64,000 bases of DNA, from contig OZ231126.1 in the NCBI GenBank assembly GCA_965153355.1, positions 35,712,001-35,776,000 on the forward strand. The letters run 5' to 3'. The translations under genes were made by a program, and so were the position numbers. Origin of the DNA: Flaccisagitta enflata. Its lineage: Eukaryota. This document shows, in pieces, positions 1 to 38,583 of this stretch. The first letter of the stretch is position 1. Each line of letters begins with the position of its first letter. The notes beneath the pieces were generated by a model, which did not search any database, was not told where the DNA came from, and was given only the letters and a program-made list of their open reading frames with translations.

Positions 1-7460
<7,460 letters not shown>

Positions 7461-7479
7461 TCATTTTCCTACATTGTCA

Positions 7480-8650
7480 AAACCCGGGCAAATTTATTAC
7501 ATCACATGTTACACCCCGGACAAGCAACACTTGCCCTGGACAAGCGACACTCGCCCCAGACAACCAACACTCACCCTGGACAAGCAATACTTGCCCCAGA
7601 CAAGCGACAATCAACCCGGACAAGCAATACTCACCCCAGACCCTGGACAAGCGTCACATGGCCGGGACAAGTGATACTTGGCCCAGACAAGCAATACTAA
7701 CCCCAGAAAAGGGACACTTGCCGGCAACATTTGTCCCGTACAAGCGACACTCACCTCTGACAAGTGATACTGGCCGAGGACAAGTGAAACTGGCCGAGGA
7801 CAAGTGAAACTGGCCGAGGACAAGTGAAACTGGCCGAGGACAAGTGAAACTGGCCAAGGACAAGTGAAACTGGCCGAGGACAAGTGAAACTGGCCGAGGA
7901 CAAGTGAAACTGGCCGAGGACAAGTGAAACTGGCCGAGGACAAGTGAAACTGGCCGCGGACAAGTGAAACTGGCCGCGGACAAGTGAAACTGGCCGCGGA
8001 CAAGTGAAACTGGCCGCGGACAAGTGAAACTGGCCGCGGACAAGGAAACTGGCCGCGGACAAGGAAACTGGCCGCGGACAAGGAAACTGGCCGCGGACAA
8101 GGAAACTGGCCGCGGACAAGGAAATGGGCCGCGGACAAGGAAACTCGCCCTGGACAAGGAAACTTCCCCGGACAAGGAAACTTCCCCGGACAAGGAAACT
8201 CGCCCCGGACAAGGAAACTCGCCCCGGACAAGGAAACTCGCCCCGGACAAGGAAACTCGCCCCGGACAAGGAAACTCGCCCCGGACAAGGAAACTCGCCC
8301 CGGACAAGGAAACTCGCCCCGGACAAGGAAACTCGCTTTGGACAACAACATTTGCCCAAGACAAGCAATACGCGCCCCAGACAAGGGACACTTGCCCCGG
8401 ACAAGGGACTGTTGCCCTGGACAAGCGACACTCACCCCAGACAAGCAATCTCCACCCCAGACAAGCAACCTCCACCCCAGACAAGCAACACCCAACCAAG
8501 ACAAGCGATACATTGCCATTGGACAAGTGATGCTCACATCAGACAAACAACATGCATCAGACAACCACCACCTGCATTGACATCCGTAAGCAACACTTGC
8601 TCAAGACAAGCAACAATTGCCTGGGACAAGCCACATTCGCTGACAAGCAA
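7480..8650. repeat. 19-20-bp minisatellite (GGACAAG core)
   Basis: GGACAAGTGAAACTGGCCGA/C (20 bp) grading into GGACAAGGAAACTCGCCCC (19 bp), with degenerate flanks. Confidence 0.95.
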
Positions 8651-8679
8651 CCCTTACTGAGGACTCCTAGGGGATATAC

Positions 8680-10290
8680 ACTTGCAGGGGATATCCACAT
8701 GCAGGGGTAACAAACACTTGCAGGGGTTAATGGACACTAAAAGGGGGTAACAGACATCTGTGGAGGGTAATAGAAACTTGCAGCGGTGATGAACCCTTGC
8801 AGGAGGTAATGAACCCTTGCAGGGGGTAATGAACCCTTGCAGGGGGTAATGAACCCTTGCGGGGGGTAATGAACCCTTGCGGGGGGTAATGAACCCTTGC
8901 GGGGGGTAATGAACACTTGCGGGGGGTAATGAACACTTGCGGGGGGTAATGAACACTTGTGGGGGGTAATGAACACTTGCGGGGGGTAATGAACACTTGT
9001 GGGGGGTAATGAACACTTGCGGGGGGTAATGAACACTTGCGGGGGGTAATGAACACTTGCGGGGGGTAATGAACACTTGCGGGGGTAATGAACACTTGCG
9101 AGGGGTAATGAACACTAGCGAGGGGTAATGAACACTTGCGAGGGGTAATGAACACTTGCGGGGGTAATGAACACTTCGGGGGTAATGAACACTTGCGGGG
9201 GTAATGAACACTTGCGGGGGTAATGAACACTTGCGGGTAATGAACACTTGCGGGGGTAATGAACACTTGCGGGGGTAATGAACACTTGCGGGGGTAATGA
9301 ACACTTGCGGGGGTAATGAACACTTGCGGGGGTAATGAACACTTGCGGGGGTAAATGAACACTTGCGGGGGTAATGAACACTTGCGGGGGTAATGAACAC
9401 TTGCGGGGGGTAATGAACACTTGCGGGGGGTAATGAACACTTGCGGGGGTAATGAACACTTGCGGGGGTAAATGAACACTTGCGGGGGGGAATGAACACT
9501 TGCGGGGGGTAATGAACACTTGCGGGGGGTAATGAACACTTGCGGGGGGTAATGAACACTTGCGGGGGTAAATGAACACTTGCGGGGGTAAATGAACACT
9601 TGCGGGGGGGAATGAACACTTGCGGGGGTAAATGAACACTTGCGGGGGTAAATGAACACTTGCGAGGGGTAAATGAACACTTGCGAGGGGTAATGAACAC
9701 TAGCGAGGGGTAATGAACACTAGCGAGGGGTAATGAACACTAGCGAGGGGTAATGAACACTTGCGGGGGGTAATGAACACTTGCGGGGGGTAAATGAACA
9801 CTTGCGAGGGGTAATGAACACTTGCGAGGGGTAATGAACACTTGTGAGGGGTAATGAACACTTGCGGGGGGTAATGAACACTTGCGGGGGGTAATGAACA
9901 CTTGCAAGGGGTAATGAACACTTGCAAGGGGTAATGAACACTTGCACAGGGTAATGAACACTTGCAAGGGGTAATGAACACTTGCAAGGGGTAATGAACA
10001 CTTGCAAGGGGTAATGAACACTTGCAAGGGGTAAGGGACACATGCGGGGGGGGAATGGACACATGTGGGTGGTAATGGACACTTGGGGGGGTTCTGGACA
10101 CTATCAAAGGTTAGAGAACACTTGTAGGGGTAGTGGACATTTGCAGGGGTAGTGGACACTTGCAGGGGGTAGTAGACACTTGAAAGGGGTAGTGGACACT
10201 TGCAGGGGGTAGCAGACACTTGCCGAGAGGTAATAGACCTCGCAGGGGCTAATGGATACTTGCAGGGGTAATGGATACTAAAGTGAAGAC
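8680..10290. repeat. G-rich 19-21-bp minisatellite
   Basis: Tandem G(4-6)TAATGAACACTTGC units. Confidence 0.95.
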
Positions 10291-11157
10291 AGGGGGGAGG
10301 GGCGTTATTGAGCACTGGGGGGGGGGTAATAGACATTTCCGAGGGGTGATTGTAGCTTACAGGGGTAAGCTGGGGACAAGCAACATCTGTAGAGGACAAG
10401 CGACACTGGACAAGCAAGACCCAGAAGGACAAGTGATTTGTCCCCGGCAACCGAGGATTTTTTCATTTTTCTATGGTTAACCAGGGAAAAGGAAAGATCC
10501 TTTATTTTTTTCTGTCCTCCAAATATGAAGCAAATCGGTCAAGGCGTTCAAAAGTTAGCCCATTTTTAAAAGTGTGGACAATGACAACGACAACAACGAC
10601 GACGACAACAACGACACCCACCCGCCTCGAATTATAGTCCGCGTCGGAATGGTATTCCGTCGCGGACAAAAACTCAAATTCCCACATCCACAACAAAAAC
10701 AAAAACTCAAATTCCCACATCCACGAACGATGACAAGAATGGTGTAAATGATTTATTCCAATACAATATTTACTGCTTGACGTCACTTTACTCCAAATCC
10801 TTTCAATCATCCTTTTCAACCCGCAACTCGCATATCCACCAATATCTCTCATACGTCAATTCGTCAGCCCCCAGTACATCTTCCCCCCAACCCTCCATGT
10901 CTTTAATGATATTTTTTCATTCCTTCCCAACTCTCGACTCACCTCTCCACCACCATACATCCCCCCCCATTCACTTTAGCCATCGTCTTCCACTTAACCC
11001 TCTATATTACTAATAATCCTTTCTTATCCTCCCCAATTCTCGGCTCACCTTTCCCCCACCATGCACCTCCTTCCCCCTGCTCACTTCAACCATCATCTTC
11101 CACTCCACTCCATATTTCCAATCACCCTTTCTCATCCCTCCCCAACTCTCGACTTAC

Positions 11158-18376
<7,219 letters not shown>

Positions 18377-18687
18377 TTTACATTTTCGTTTTTCTATGAT
18401 CGTGTCCGTGAGTCGAATTTTACCTCGATTGATTGTGACTAGCAGTTTATCCCCGGTTTGACTTCCCAACCCTTGACTGACAACGAAGGAAATATGTGAA
18501 TACGCGTGAGGAACACAAAAAAGTTAACATCAATGTCTAAGGACCGATGGATCCTTTGGCAAGTAGTTTGACATAAAATTGAGTAATTTAGAGTCAGTAA
18601 AGCATTATGTGTATAATGGCCTAACAGCGTGTAATAGTTAGTGAAAACTGTGTAGAATATTCTCCACGATTGAGTGCATCGGATATA

Positions 18688-19272
18688 CTACCTAGGTAAT
18701 AAGTTTAGCATCAAGTTCAGTTGAGCATAAGTTGCTCTCATCTCAACGAATCCATGACTAAAATGATCTACATCAAATTATCTTTCGATGTAGACCAACC
18801 GGAGATTACTGGCTCAAGCCGTTTAAAAGTTACAGCGGAAAATGTAAAAACCTTCAAATACGATTTTGCAAAAAAAATGGCCAGTTCATTTACATGTTAC
18901 TCCATTCTATGGCAGCTTGGAGCCTAGGGACTTCAGAGCCAATTCCAAGCGCCAAACTCTTCTGGATTGGCCCGGCAATTACGGTACCTCAATCGAAAAG
19001 AAAATTTGCGGTCCCAGATGAAAAAAATGCAGCAAAGGGAACATGCTACTTCAATTGGCTGCCTGAAAAGAATCGCATTGAAGATGTGGAGACAAGTCAC
19101 GCCATCTTACCTTGACGCCTTGTACGAATCAATGCCGTCAAGAATGAAGGCATTGATTAGCCAGCAGGGAGGCCATTCCAAATATTGAGAACCCTTTGAA
19201 CATGCTTTTGCACCATTCTAGTCAATAAATAAGCAAACACTCATATTGATGCTAAACTTATTTCCAAGGTAG
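18688..19272 (+). mobile_element. Internally deleted Tc1-like transposon, 585 bp
   Basis: 27-bp TIRs CTACCTAGGTAATAAGTTTAGCATCAA / TTGATGCTAAACTTATTTCCAAGGTAG (2 mismatches), TA on both flanks. Transposase remnants LDWPGN and WRQVTPSYLDALYESMPSRMKALISQQGGHSKY-stop. Confidence 0.9.
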
Positions 19273-19356
19273 TACAGAAGTTAAAATCGTAGAATTAAAA
19301 GAACGAGATTTCTAACGGAAATACTTTTGCTGACTGTGGCTGAGCAATGTCCATGT

Positions 19357-21395
<2,039 letters not shown>

Positions 21396-21916
21396 TGTTT
21401 TTATTTAATTGCTTGCTTGTTTGTCTTTTTGTTTGTTTTTTTTTTTCAGTTCACACAATTTATGCGCATTTTATATCTATTTATTTTTTCTCTTATTTTG
21501 TTAGATCTCCGTCAAATCAACTTTTGCCTCTCGTGTCTCGCAATATGTCAATTAATTTTGAACTTCAAAGCACTCCTATTTCATGGTGACATTAAGAAAT
21601 GAGATATGGTAATTTTGCTTACGAGACGCAATGTCGAGTATCAGATAACAGTTTCACATACAATCGTCACAATTTTCAACTTTTTAAGAAAATGATCAGG
21701 ACCAATCAGTTTAGAAGACATAATCAATTTAATCAAATAGAATGTGGAATCATACGGAGGCGAAAGACCTACGAAAATTTGACAGCGCAGCTCGCCCCAG
21801 TTCGAAGAGACACTAAACGCATACAATCATAATTCGCTTTCGTTTGAGGAATAACTCAGACCCAAAGGGAGTAAAGATTTCATATAATGATGATCGGTAA
21901 CCGTACATGATGAACG

Positions 21917-21922
21917 TTTATT
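21917..21922 (-). terminator. Candidate AATAAA polyadenylation signal of ARL2BP
   Basis: TTTATT on the plus strand, about 290 nt after the ARL2BP stop codon. Confidence 0.4.
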
Positions 21923-22211
21923 CATGAACGATCGTTTGGATTGAGACAACATATATCAGTAGAAATACAATTTCACATACATGAGCAATGATGACTGATG
22001 AGGAATGAAATATTATAGCCTAGAGCACTGGTTGTAGAGAATCGTCAGAAATAACTCGACGGAATCAAGAGAACGCACTTTTGTCATCCGGAAAAAAAAA
22101 TTTCAATTGCATCTTTCCTCATTAAAGTTCAGAGCACCGCTCCGTCTTCTTGCGCCACGAAAGCCACTTCATCGGCAGCGGCTACGCCACGCAACGCCAC
22201 ATTATGTGACG

Positions 22212-22453
22212 TCACATCGACAGCGAAGTGACGCAGATGCCGGCGCTCAAATCGACTCCTCGTCCTTCCTTTTCATTTCGATAATCGACCATCATTTCCT
22301 TGAACGCCTCGAAGTCGCTGAAAGTCAACAACATCTCGAAAATCTCGCCTTCGAGTTCCTTCCGCTGACGCGAGAGTTGAGACAGAAACGTAGTCATCGA
22401 AAAATCCGCCATCCTGAGGAGAGAAACAGAGACCACGATGAGAGAGAGAGAGA

Positions 22454-22505
<52 letters not shown>

Positions 22506-23790
22506 CACAAACACACATACATACACAAATACCACGAGCTAAAACATCCATAGAGATAGAATGCCCGGTGACAATCGAATCGAAATCACCTTGATATGTG
22601 ATACGTTCTTTTTTTATAAGAGCGTCATTTAGCTACCAATAATTTAACTAAGTATAATGTTCCTAATTAAAGAGCCACTTCAAGTCAAACGTTCCTATAA
22701 ACTTGCTTCTCATAAAAATGAGGTATCGATGATTCGATAGCATGCATTCGTTGCAGATGAGCCCACCTGTTGCAAAGTTGTTGCTCCATGAAATTTTCGA
22801 GTAATTGGACGTAATTATGGTGAATGTCGGTGTAGATAAATTTGTTTTCCTCAACGTCCTCAAACTCTTCGTAGTACTGTTCCATGAATGAATTTTGCAA
22901 CGCCTGATAAAAAGGTCATAGTGAGAGAAGTTACAGGCCATCTAGAGATAGAGGAAAGATCTAAGATCCAAGATCCAAGATCCAAGATCGTTGCACTCGT
23001 AAGCTCAATTGGGGGTAAACCGTAGCATGGATGAAATGAGCTGGCTGCATTATTTCAGGAAGAAAAAAAATCGTCATTTCTGTGCGAAATTGCGTGGGGA
23101 CTCGTAAGCTCAATTGGAAAAGGAGCAGGCTGAAAGCGCATAGACAAATAGATGAACCTGAAAGTCGTCGTCCATGATAATGTCTTCTATGTGCCCTATG
23201 ATCTCATCGAACACCTGAAAAAAGTCAAATTAATGTAAATGAAACAAACATTTATTTCCGTGGGAACCAGTACAAAAATTGAGCTCTTTGTGGACTTCCC
23301 TTCACAGATATAGTCGGTCAAATCTGGCCTATACGCAAATAAGCAGGGGCGGGGGGGGGGGGGTTTCCGAAAGAATTGAAGATGGGGAAAGAGAAGGAAG
23401 GAGGAAAAAATTTAAAGAAAATATTACTTTTGGCAGTGTCAAATCTTAAACAAAAAAACACTGTTATATTACATTACATATCAGGAAAAAATCATATAGT
23501 TCGTATTGTGAGGTGTAGCGAGGAAGTAGATCATAGGAAGGGTGTGAATTAAAAGCCACTCAATTTCATACACCCCTGGGTCAAATATGATGGGTCTAAA
23601 GATACAGATTTGCTGAAGCGTTCGATAAAGTCAAAGTTCAAGACGATAGTTTCAGATGAAATTGAGAATTTACCTCTTCGGATTCCGACGCTGGTGAGGA
23701 AAGCGCCAAATCCTCCTCATAAATCTCCATTTCTTCGTCTCCTCCGCCGGCAGAGTCGAAAAGATTTGCACCACGATTGGGATCGTTCAT
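22212..23790 (-). CDS. ARL2BP: ADP-ribosylation factor-like 2-binding protein (BART domain), 170 aa, 4 exons
   Basis: Exons 23790-23674, 23214-23158, 22903-22767, 22413-22212 give FDEIIGHIEDIIMDDDFQALQNSFMEQYYEEFEDVEENKFIYTDIH...EIFEMLLTFSDFEAFKEMMVDYRNEKEGRGVDLS, a typical ARL2BP sequence. Confidence 0.95.
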
Positions 23791-24179
23791 TGTTCTTTTG
23801 TTTCTTTGTTTTATATTTTTTTATGTTGTTGATTGGTAATATTTATTGTTGTTCTAATGATGATGTGAGTAATACCGTAATACGTGTTTGTAAGATTATG
23901 TTCTACTAATGTTTCGTCATGATAACGGATAGTTCCACTGAGTTTGTATGTATTATTTGGGTGCTATAATTGGGAAGAAACAAGTTATAGAACAACATGA
24001 ATGTGACAATTTATGAAGAACGTAAGAAGCAAAAATGAGGGAAAAAAGAATTGATCATTCAGTGGTAGTCCTGGTAGACCTGATAAAGAGTAGATATGTT
24101 TCCAGGACCCGTTCAACATCATGGATGCAAAACAAATTTTCAGAGTGGATTCTTAAAATTCACGAGCCTCTTGTACTGT

Positions 24180-26181
<2,002 letters not shown>

Positions 26182-26741
26182 CGCTTGGTGCTTCGGAGAT
26201 GAAATTCAGCGACAAAACAGTTTATAGAACAGTTCTCAGATATTGTCCCACGCAAAAAAAAAATGTTCCGCTGCGACAACGCAAACTCTTACACTAAAAA
26301 ACAGACAAAAGTAAAACGAAATTTGAGAAACGGGGGTGGATCAACTTCGTAATGTACAAATAAATATCTTGTGTGATCACAATGCTTTGTACGTTTGTAC
26401 GTTTCCAACGCGGTAAAAACTAAAATGGCACCTATTAATTGGAGATGAGGGACTATTTGATTGGCAGTTTCTGAGAAGTAGTCTGGAGGGAGCAATTCAT
26501 CTCATGACTCAAAATATGAACGGTAATGATCAAAATGATTAAAACACCGATACATAATGCACTGAGGCAAGCAGAAGCAGTTAGTAAAAACAACAAATTG
26601 TATGATAGAAATACAAATAATTTTGGATAAAAATGATTTAGATAATTTAGGTAAAAATAATCTAGGTAAAAAAGGCAATCGCCCATTCGGAAACTAGCAG
26701 TCTTCCAAATCTACCAAACATGAATCAGGGTGTATTCTGAT

Positions 26742-33000
<6,259 letters not shown>

Positions 33001-33509
33001 TTTGTGTTTAGACCAACTTTTAAGTCTTTGCCATTGTTTCTCCTTGCGTGTGTTAATGTCAAATGTTGAGTACCGTACATGCAGAGATACAAACCTATCT
33101 AAATCATGTTTCTATCGAAGAACGACTAAATGATGAAAGGATCCCTTTTATCACAAATGTATTGTGGGACTGATCATTTTAAAACAAAATCTCATTAATT
33201 TAGTTAGGTTATGATGAAACGTACATATCGCATAACGCTCATCAAATGGTTTTGATATACAGGAGAGCACCAGTCGAACGCACCCGCTGTAGAGGCATGC
33301 CCGCCTATAGGGCATAGAACTTGCTGCCCTATGTAAGATTTTGAATTTTTTTATTTTGAGAATAAGGCAGCAAGCATCATTACAGGCAAATCTTTGCCCA
33401 GTCTTTGGACATGCGCTAAAATGAAGCTGAACCGCGCCACATTGTCGGAATTATATTGCCAGAAGGTATGAAGTCAAAAGGGCTTCTATTTCGCATAGCT
33501 GTTATTCCG

Positions 33510-33523
33510 GTTGCTAGGGATAC
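33510..33523. promoter_or_regulatory. RFX X-box-like motif upstream of the LEKR1-like gene
   Basis: GTTGCTAGGGATAC (reverse complement GTATCC-CT-AGCAAC) resembles the RFX consensus GTNRCC-N(0-3)-RGYAAC with one mismatch; about 510 bp upstream of the first ATG of the cluster, in apparently unique sequence. Confidence 0.5.
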
Positions 33524-33887
33524 GGAGGAGGAGGCGGAGGAAGAGGGGGAGGAAGTGGAACTCGAGAAGGAATAGCAGAAACAGAAGACGGCGGAGAAAA
33601 ACGGACAAGATCTTGAATGTGTCTCAGCGACTTTCAATTTCCGTGTGTCTCAATTTGCAATACGCAAACGAGACGTTACAAACTTAAAACAACGATAAAC
33701 GTCAAACAAGCATCTTTTTTATAGTGTGCACACATTTCTGATAGTCTATTGGTCGATCTGTTTGTCGGCCCATCTGTTGGTCAGTTTAGGGGTATCAGGT
33801 TGCCATGCTTCTTGTTTCTCGTTTCTTGTTCTTGCTGCTTATTTGTAGGTAACATATTGCTTCTTTTAATCAGTCAGTCAGTCTATA

Positions 33888-33951
<64 letters not shown>

Positions 33952-34039
33952 CGTGATTCTAACTCTTTTGTCTTTTGTTCTTTGTTCTGACTTTGCATTC
34001 TCTCCTGGTCTCTTCATTTCTATTCTTCCTTTTTTTTTT

Positions 34040-34106
<67 letters not shown>

Positions 34107-34123
34107 CTCTTTCTTTCTTTCTC

Positions 34124-34183
<60 letters not shown>

Positions 34184-34459
34184 TCCTTCTTTCTTTTTCT
34201 CTTTCTTTCTTTCTTTCTTTTTTTCTCTCTTTCTTTCTTTTTTTCTTTTTTTCTTTCTTTCTATCTTTCTCTCTTTCTTACTTTTTCTCTCTCTCTCTCT
34301 CTGCCCTTTCACTTATCCGCTTTGCATTCATCATTCAGTCATTTATTTATACTTTCTTATTTTCCTTTTCTTCTTGTCAACCATTTGTAGTTTCATTTGT
34401 ACATCATATAACGAGCAGGTTTAACACTTTCTCCCATGCATAGCCTCTGACAAAGCAAG

Positions 34460-34556
<97 letters not shown>

Positions 34557-35999
34557 CTGCAGGGCATTCAGGAAGACGGATTGGTGGGAAGATAATTGAT
34601 GGATAGAGAAAAAAAAACAAATATGTTACATACAGACTGAAATATGGACAGAAAGATATACAGGGGCAAAGTGAGACAGATAAATTGAGAGAGGTGAAGA
34701 AGTAATAATGAGATGCATTTCACGGCCAAGCCACGGGAGAGGCTTTCACTTTCTTCGAACCGAACGAGAAAGAGAGCAAAAAAAGTTTTAGAAAAGCGAT
34801 TCGCTTATTTGACACCGAACTAGTTCATCGCTCAATTTCATGCGGTCGAGTTTTGTAATTTGCTCGAAAAGTCTCAACATTAATTTAACATGATATATTT
34901 TGATAAAAATACATGAAATTCTTCCCTGTTTGGGCGACGGCTCCAGTGCAGTGTATTTTTTTGTTGACGCGACAATCTATTTTTCTAAATTGTCATGCTC
35001 GAATTCTGTTTGATAAAAAATGGGCAATCTTACGCCAAAATTGTTTCCTCTGCTCATCAAGTCAACTCCTCGTAGGCTTCTCCATTGCTCTCTCACTTCC
35101 AGCTTCAACGTTCAGCTTTTCAGGCCTTCAGGGCCAAACAACCAAAATATCTGTTTCAAAGTCATTGCTCATATGGTGAATATTGAGGGAATAAAAAAAA
35201 TCGTTTTTGTTTCGTTTTTAGGTGCGCCATAGCACCTCTATAACTAGGTCAGTCTGTTGGTCTGCTGGTCGGTCGGTCGGTTGGTTGGTCGGTTGGTCGG
35301 TCACGCTGTTGTTGAAAATCTCTAAACGAAGCAAAAACCACTGGAAATGTTTCAGAAATATGATATGATGATTTTTTTAGTGCGCTAGAGCACCTCTATA
35401 AGTAGGGTTATAAAACTCTGGCCAATTGCCTTGTTTGAAACTTTGTTAGTTTTCGGAAAATAACAAATGCTCTGTATCTTTTATATACTTCTATCACGAA
35501 GATATACATCCAAAACTCTTAAAACCAGACATGATTATCATTCACCATCTTAAACTCGAGACTCGCATTGTCAAACGCTGAAAAAATCTGAAGAAAATTC
35601 GCTCAAAAATGATTTTGATAGATCATCAAATATTTCTTAACTTCGTGGTTCATTCTCCGCAAAGTGTATGGCGAATTAAGTTAAATGCAGTATCAGGGAC
35701 CTGCTCTGTAAAAAAATTGAACCAGAGCAAAAAACCGCATCCAAATCGGTGGACGCGGACCGACGCGGGAGCCGCGCATGTGTTAAAAAAATTTAATCAA
35801 GGAAAAATCCCCAAAGGTGGTGGCTTTTTTGGCGGCGGGTAATTATGAATGACACGAGTTCTGTCCGAAGCAAAAAGAATTTCCTTTTACACCGTTAATA
35901 TGGTATGTCACTGACAAAATATACATTGCAGCATATCATTTGAAAGCAAATTTCACGAGGAATTCAAATATTGGATTCAAAACTTCGTCTGGAAAAAAG

Positions 36000-37205
36000 T
36001 TTGACCACAAAGTCCAAAATAATGACCACAGAGACCACAATAATGACCACAGAGACAGTGATTGTGACCACTGAGACCACGATTGTGACTTTGGAAGCCA
36101 CAATCTTGACCACAGATCACAATCTTGACCGCATTGACCATGATAGTGACCAAGACACCTCAATCATGACCACAGAGACCACAATCATGACCATGATTTC
36201 ATGATTGTAACCACAGAGACCAAAATTTTGACTATAATACTACAACCAGACTCGGAAATCGCACCCACAGACACGGATATTGCACCCACAGGATCGGAAA
36301 TCGCGCCCACAGACTTGGAAATCGAGACCGCAGTCTCGTAAATTGAGACCACAGACTCAGAAATTGTGTCCACAGACTCGGAAATTGTGTCCATAGACTT
36401 GGAAATCCCGCCAAAATAGCGCACACAGACTCGGAAATAGCGCCCACAGACTCGGAAATAGCGCCCACAGACTCGGAAATAGCGCCCACAGACTCGGAAA
36501 TCGAGACCACAGACTCGGAAATCGAGACCACAGACTCGGAAATCGAGACCACAGACTCGGAAATCGAGACCACAGACTCGGAAATCGAGACCACAGACTC
36601 GGAAATCGAGACCACAGACTCGGAAATCGAGACCACAGACTCGGAAATTGCGCCCACAGACACGGAATTCGAGACCACAGACTCGGAATTCGAGACCACA
36701 GACTCGGAAATCGAGACCACAGACTCGGAAATCGAGACCACAGACTCGGAAATCGAGACCACAGACTCGGAAATTGCGCCCACAGACACGGAATTCGAGA
36801 CCACAGACTCGGAATTCGAGACCACAGACTCGGAAATCGAGACCACAGACTCGGAAATCGAGACCACAGACTCGGAAATCGAGACCACAGACTCGGAAAT
36901 CGAGACCACAGACTCGGAAATCGAGACCACAGACTCGGAAATCGAGACCACAGACTCGGAAATTGAGACCACAGACTCGGAAATAGAGACCTCAGACTCG
37001 GAAATTGAGACCACAGACTCGGAAAACGAGACCACAGACTCGGAAAACGAGACCACAGACTTGGGGTTTGAGACCACAAACTCGGAAATCGAGACCACAG
37101 ACTCGGAAATCGAGACCACAGACTCGGAAATCGAGACCACAGACTTGGAAATTGAGACCACAGACTAGGAAATCGAGACCACACACTCGGAGATTGAGAC
37201 CACTA
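36000..37205. repeat. 21-bp minisatellite
   Basis: GAGACCACAGACTCGGAAATC units, homogeneous from about 36500 to 37200 and degenerate to the left. Confidence 0.95.
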
Positions 37206-37545
37206 TATTTTCATGTATACCCGCTAAAACATCAATGTTTTGAAAAATTTGAGGCAACATTATTTAAAATCAAATTAACTACAACATTCCCACAATATGT
37301 TCTGTAAAATTATTGCTTATTTAGCTGTGGCTAGGGAGCGTAACTATGTGTGACAGCCCTGTGATGCAACTACTAAATGAGCGATATTCTTACAGAACAT
37401 ATGTAAGGAAAATAGTAGTAAATTTGATCTGAAACAATGTTCATTCAAAAATTTCTCAAAATATTGATATTTTTGCAGGAAAACATAGAAATGTGTTTCC
37501 ATAGCAACCAATACCCATTGTCAGTAAAGCATTCTTTTATTAGTT
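37205..37545. mobile_element. Decayed relative of the 14115-14677 fold-back MITE (core only)
   Basis: Shares TATGTTCTGTAA, GCTAGGGAGCG, ATTCTTACAGAACATA, TCTCAAAATATTGATA and GAAATGTGTTTCCATRGCAACC blocks with that element. Confidence 0.7.
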
Positions 37546-37960
37546 TATATTTTAACAAGGCCGGATACACGGCAATCCAGTCGTGGACGGTTTGGCAGGA
37601 GCAGTAATGCAAAAACCGCTCGCATTTCAAAAATGTTACTTACCTACCGACCGACACGGCAAGTTCTAGAGTCGCGTGTCCGCGACTAAAAAAGAGGCTT
37701 TTGTGTCTAGATGACATCTAATGTATCTCTGTAATTTAAATAGATATACAAGAGCATTAAAGTGAGAGCATAACACAAAATAGAGAGCCACGGGCTCGCG
37801 GGCTTGCTCTAGATAGGCCTTGTTGTTGTTGTTGTTGTTGTTGTTGTCATTGTCGTCAGCCTCCATAGGTCGCGCCGTTGCCAACGGGGCCGTAACGCGA
37901 AGGGTTGAGGTTGGGAATACATTCTCATCTGGCTTACTTCAGAGGAGTCTATTGTGCCCG

Positions 37961-38024
<64 letters not shown>

Positions 38025-38150
38025 CTTCTGACACTCAGATTTCACAATCTTTTAAATTTGCGGTTAGCGGACCTATATCGAGACTTCTTCTCTTTGCTTT
38101 TCCATCCACTCAAACGCACACACACGCACAAGCACACACACAAATACACA

Positions 38151-38217
<67 letters not shown>

Positions 38218-38502
38218 GCGATACACATATGCATACACACACAGGCATACACACACATGCGAACAAAGTCCAGCGGTGGCAACGCGATGCGTTTTAGACC
38301 GATTACGAGTCCGCTTACGATTCCACCTATCTTTGACCGCGTACAATAACGATTGCGAGTACACAACGAGTACAACTCAATGATGGTTCAATGACATCGC
38401 ACATATGGAGTGATAATGATGGAAAAAAGTATTCGCATGGGTATCACATGTAGTTGTTTTTAATGGAATTAAACCGAAATTTTCGAAACCATTGGACATT
38501 TC

Positions 38503-38533
<31 letters not shown>

Positions 38534-38550
38534 ACTTTCTTTCTTTCCTG

Positions 38551-38583
<33 letters not shown>

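Noticed and set aside
7500-10300. CRISPR-like appearance and long ORFs in the minisatellites
   Set aside because: Units are directly tandem with no unique spacers and there are no cas genes; the ORFs are by-products of stop-free repeats.
33416-33700. Coding-like stretch (plus-strand E-rich frame; minus-strand frame ending PPPPYP-stop)
   Set aside because: In-frame stops and no partner exons found; it cannot be supported as a sixth gene, though transcript data could change this.
36232-37184. 309-aa SISESVV-repeat ORF resembling a serine-rich adhesin
   Set aside because: The 21-bp unit is open in several frames on both strands, with no splice or domain context.
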